64,000 bases of DNA from contig NMRA01000821.1 in assembly GCA_002633005.1 (NCBI GenBank), forward strand, positions 68,654-132,653, given 5' to 3'. Every line of letters begins with the position of its first letter. Positions within the stretch are counted from its first letter, which is position 1. The notes beneath the pieces are model-generated. The model worked only from the letters and a program-made list of their open reading frames with translations, was not told where the DNA came from and ran no database searches. Made by a program: the position numbers and the translations under genes. Source of the DNA: Phoronis australis (lineage: Eukaryota > Animalia > Phoronida). Shown here in pieces: positions 61,447 through 64,000 of this stretch.

Positions 61447-64000
61447 GTTTAACTAATACAGCCTCAAGTTGCCATTGGAAACAATGAACGAGAATTTACG
61501 TTAAAACCTTGGGTTTAGGTCGTCCAACCCCTGGGGGCTCCCGTCTAGCATGGTCTTCCGGTTGATCGCCGAGTATCTGGTTGCGCATACCTCCTGTAAC
61601 CGCCTAAAAATTAAAGATAAATTATAGTTTCGTTCCAGAAGCTAGTTATTGTAAGAGACAGGAGCAAAAGTGTGTCTGGCGGACATGTTGCTTTTCTCTT
61701 CAACCCCCTCTCCTATTGTACACTCCCAAGAGTTTGAAAAAAACGTGCAGCACAACAACCGTCGTTTCGAGTTCTGCGTACCCTTGCTTACATGCACAGC
61801 TTTTTTCAAAATAGCGCGCGAGCCTTTGCTGAAACTCAAAAGATGGCGCTGCAGTCTACGACGCTAGACACTTTAGTGTACAACCATTCCCGTATAACGG
61901 CTGCATAACCACATGTATTTTGTTTACCTATATCAAAGATATTATAGTTCTTTGCGTACATGAAAAATCACTAATATTTTCACTACTTTGTTGTTGATGT
62001 GTAGAAAAGAATCATTTTAACGACTTTGGTCAGTTTTCTTTCTTTTTTTGACCCGGGCCCTCATTTTTGTAAATATTCGTTTAATAACAATATCGTTTGG
62101 TGTCTAATATTGATTTTATGCCGCAAATAGCTATTTTACTATTACAATCATACTCCATTCAGTATTGCTATCTAACGACTTCTAATATTTTATAAAGACT
62201 ATATTTATTTGTGGAAACCCGATATGTGTGGAGGAAAATGTTGGGGAGATCTCCTTAGCATAGATAATTTAAACGGTCATGGTATTTTTTGGAACTACCG
62301 AATGTAACAACAGTATAAATCTTGTAGTTTTAATAAAAAAATGTCATTTATCAATGTAGAATGCAGAACAAAATTCCATTAACAGCTGATGTCACTAAAG
62401 TTTTGAAAAGTTTAGTAATATAGAATTTACTAATTTAAAAATCAACGGTACATTCGAAAAACACAACGAAAAATAAAATGAAACTTAGTTCAGTTATGAC
62501 GGTTGTATATTTGTGTTGTAATTAGTAGTTTGTAACAATAAATGTTTGAAAAAAACTTCTAAAATTTTGAATTGCTAAAATTCCCTCTATCGGTTTTCGT
62601 CTAGCTTTAATCTGAAATAAAAGTTTTTCCTCCTATGTAGTTTTTGAGTAGGCTTTAGGAAGCTTCACAGCAAGTACAACTCGTCCAATAAATCTGCTCG
62701 TCCCATTTGCCACCAATAGATGGCGCGTAGAAAACTGAACCGCATCAAGACAAGAAAAATATACCACGTAAGGTTAAAAAACCTACCTCATTGTTTTAAA
62801 AATCATAGGCACCAGGTGGCGTATGGCCCTCATGTTTTCAGAACCAGGTATATCATTTTGGTGGCGTTTGAGGGAGGTTCAAAATTGGCAACGTCGGGGG
62901 ACTGAAATGATGGCGGCCACTTGGACAGCCAGTGTGGAGAAATTCGAGCCAACCGAAAGTTTGACCATTAGGTTTTACCAATGAAGTCAACGTTGTGAGC
63001 AGGCCCAGAGCCAGGATTAAGCAAGAGGTGGTTTGAATTTCAAAAACAGTTGACCTTTTGAGGACATTTCTCAAAAACTGAAGTCGACCCTGCATCTTTT
63101 TTCGGGAGCGCCTTAACAGTGAGCTGCAAAATAGGTTTTTTGTCCATATTGCCAAGAAATTCAAACGCTGCAAGAGACAATGTTACAATACATATTACTG
63201 AATATAAGTGTTGTAAGCTCCACTTTCAGTACTGCGTGCAATGAAACGACGGCACTACACACGTACGCCAGCTACCCGTTCAGTAACGCTAGAACATCGC
63301 TAAAAACAAGACTTCGCAAGATTTCGTGAGTAGTTGTCGTGCATGGTAAACGAGAACACGTGATTTTGGTTAGATTTTTGCTAGGTCCTAGCGTTGGTCC
63401 GAGTGCTATGGAACCCACGCCAGGTTGCACTTTGAAATATTGTCTTCTTGAGATTTATTTTATTAAAACGCTGTCAATAGCTACGTCATTGCATCAGAGC
63501 GTCTGTAAGACAATCTGTCTCATACTTACCCACTATGAGGTGTACCAAACAGTTTCAAAACGGCAATACAATGTCCTGGATTGCCGTTATCTGCTTCCAA
63601 GAATCGCTTGAGTTATCGCCTTTGGGTTTTTTCCGTCAGCTTGCGACTAAATTTCAGGGATGGACCTCCTCCACAGAGCTTGTTGCCGTCCTATGGAGTC
63701 CGCGAGGTCGTGCTTCAGAAGCATTGGTTTACATGATCAGGCATTTTTCATTGACCAAAGACTTTCTGATGGACTTAGACCTATTTGTTTCAGAATACTG
63801 TGCACAAGCAGTCGGGGTTTTCTACAAGAAAGCACGGCAAAACGTCTGGTATTTAATTAACCAAAGGGGCTGTAGTGACGTTACGTATACGCTGAATGTA
63901 AATGAATAGAAACGCATACATGTGCATGCACTTATGACGTTGTCCAACAATGTCCTTGCCGTATCGGATACGCTTAAGGGCTGGACCTTTTCCGCAGGGG
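61447..64000 (+). repeat. Copy 2 of the 2.56-kb direct repeat, starting exactly after the N at 61446 and running off the right edge
   Basis: gtttaactaatacagcctcaag at both 51604 and 61447; the match continues to the end of the window. Confidence 0.97.

Noticed and set aside
51604-64000. LTR retrotransposon interpretation of the direct repeats
   Set aside because: No TG...CA termini, primer-binding site or gag/pol remnants; the interior holds an intron-containing host gene; copy 2 begins at an assembly N.

Overview
Eukaryotic genomic DNA, AT-rich, with GT-AG introns and many MITE-like repeats. It is most likely a bilaterian invertebrate; the species cannot be determined from this window. Five protein-coding genes were reconstructed exon by exon with consistent splice phases: a (6-4) photolyase (minus strand, 3' end runs off the left edge), CYBA/p22phox (plus, intronless CDS), TMCO1 (plus, 6 exons), FOXRED1 (minus, 10 coding exons), and a secreted PAN/apple-like + fibrinogen-domain protein (plus, 3 exons including a 25-nt micro-exon). 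There is also a candidate terminal exon of a minus-strand gene with a MAM-like C-terminus. The stretch from about 33.5 to 54 kb has no intact gene. It is built from nested tandem duplications, an old array of at least five copies of a decayed, possibly coding unit, THAP-domain remnants, a 10 x 64-bp array carrying bZIP and E-box motifs, and a MITE family with 4-bp target-site duplications. Two near-identical duplications sit next to single-N scaffold joins and may be allelic haplotype overlap rather than true paralogues. I found no RNA genes and no CRISPR array, and I cannot demonstrate a wholly new biological system from sequence alone.
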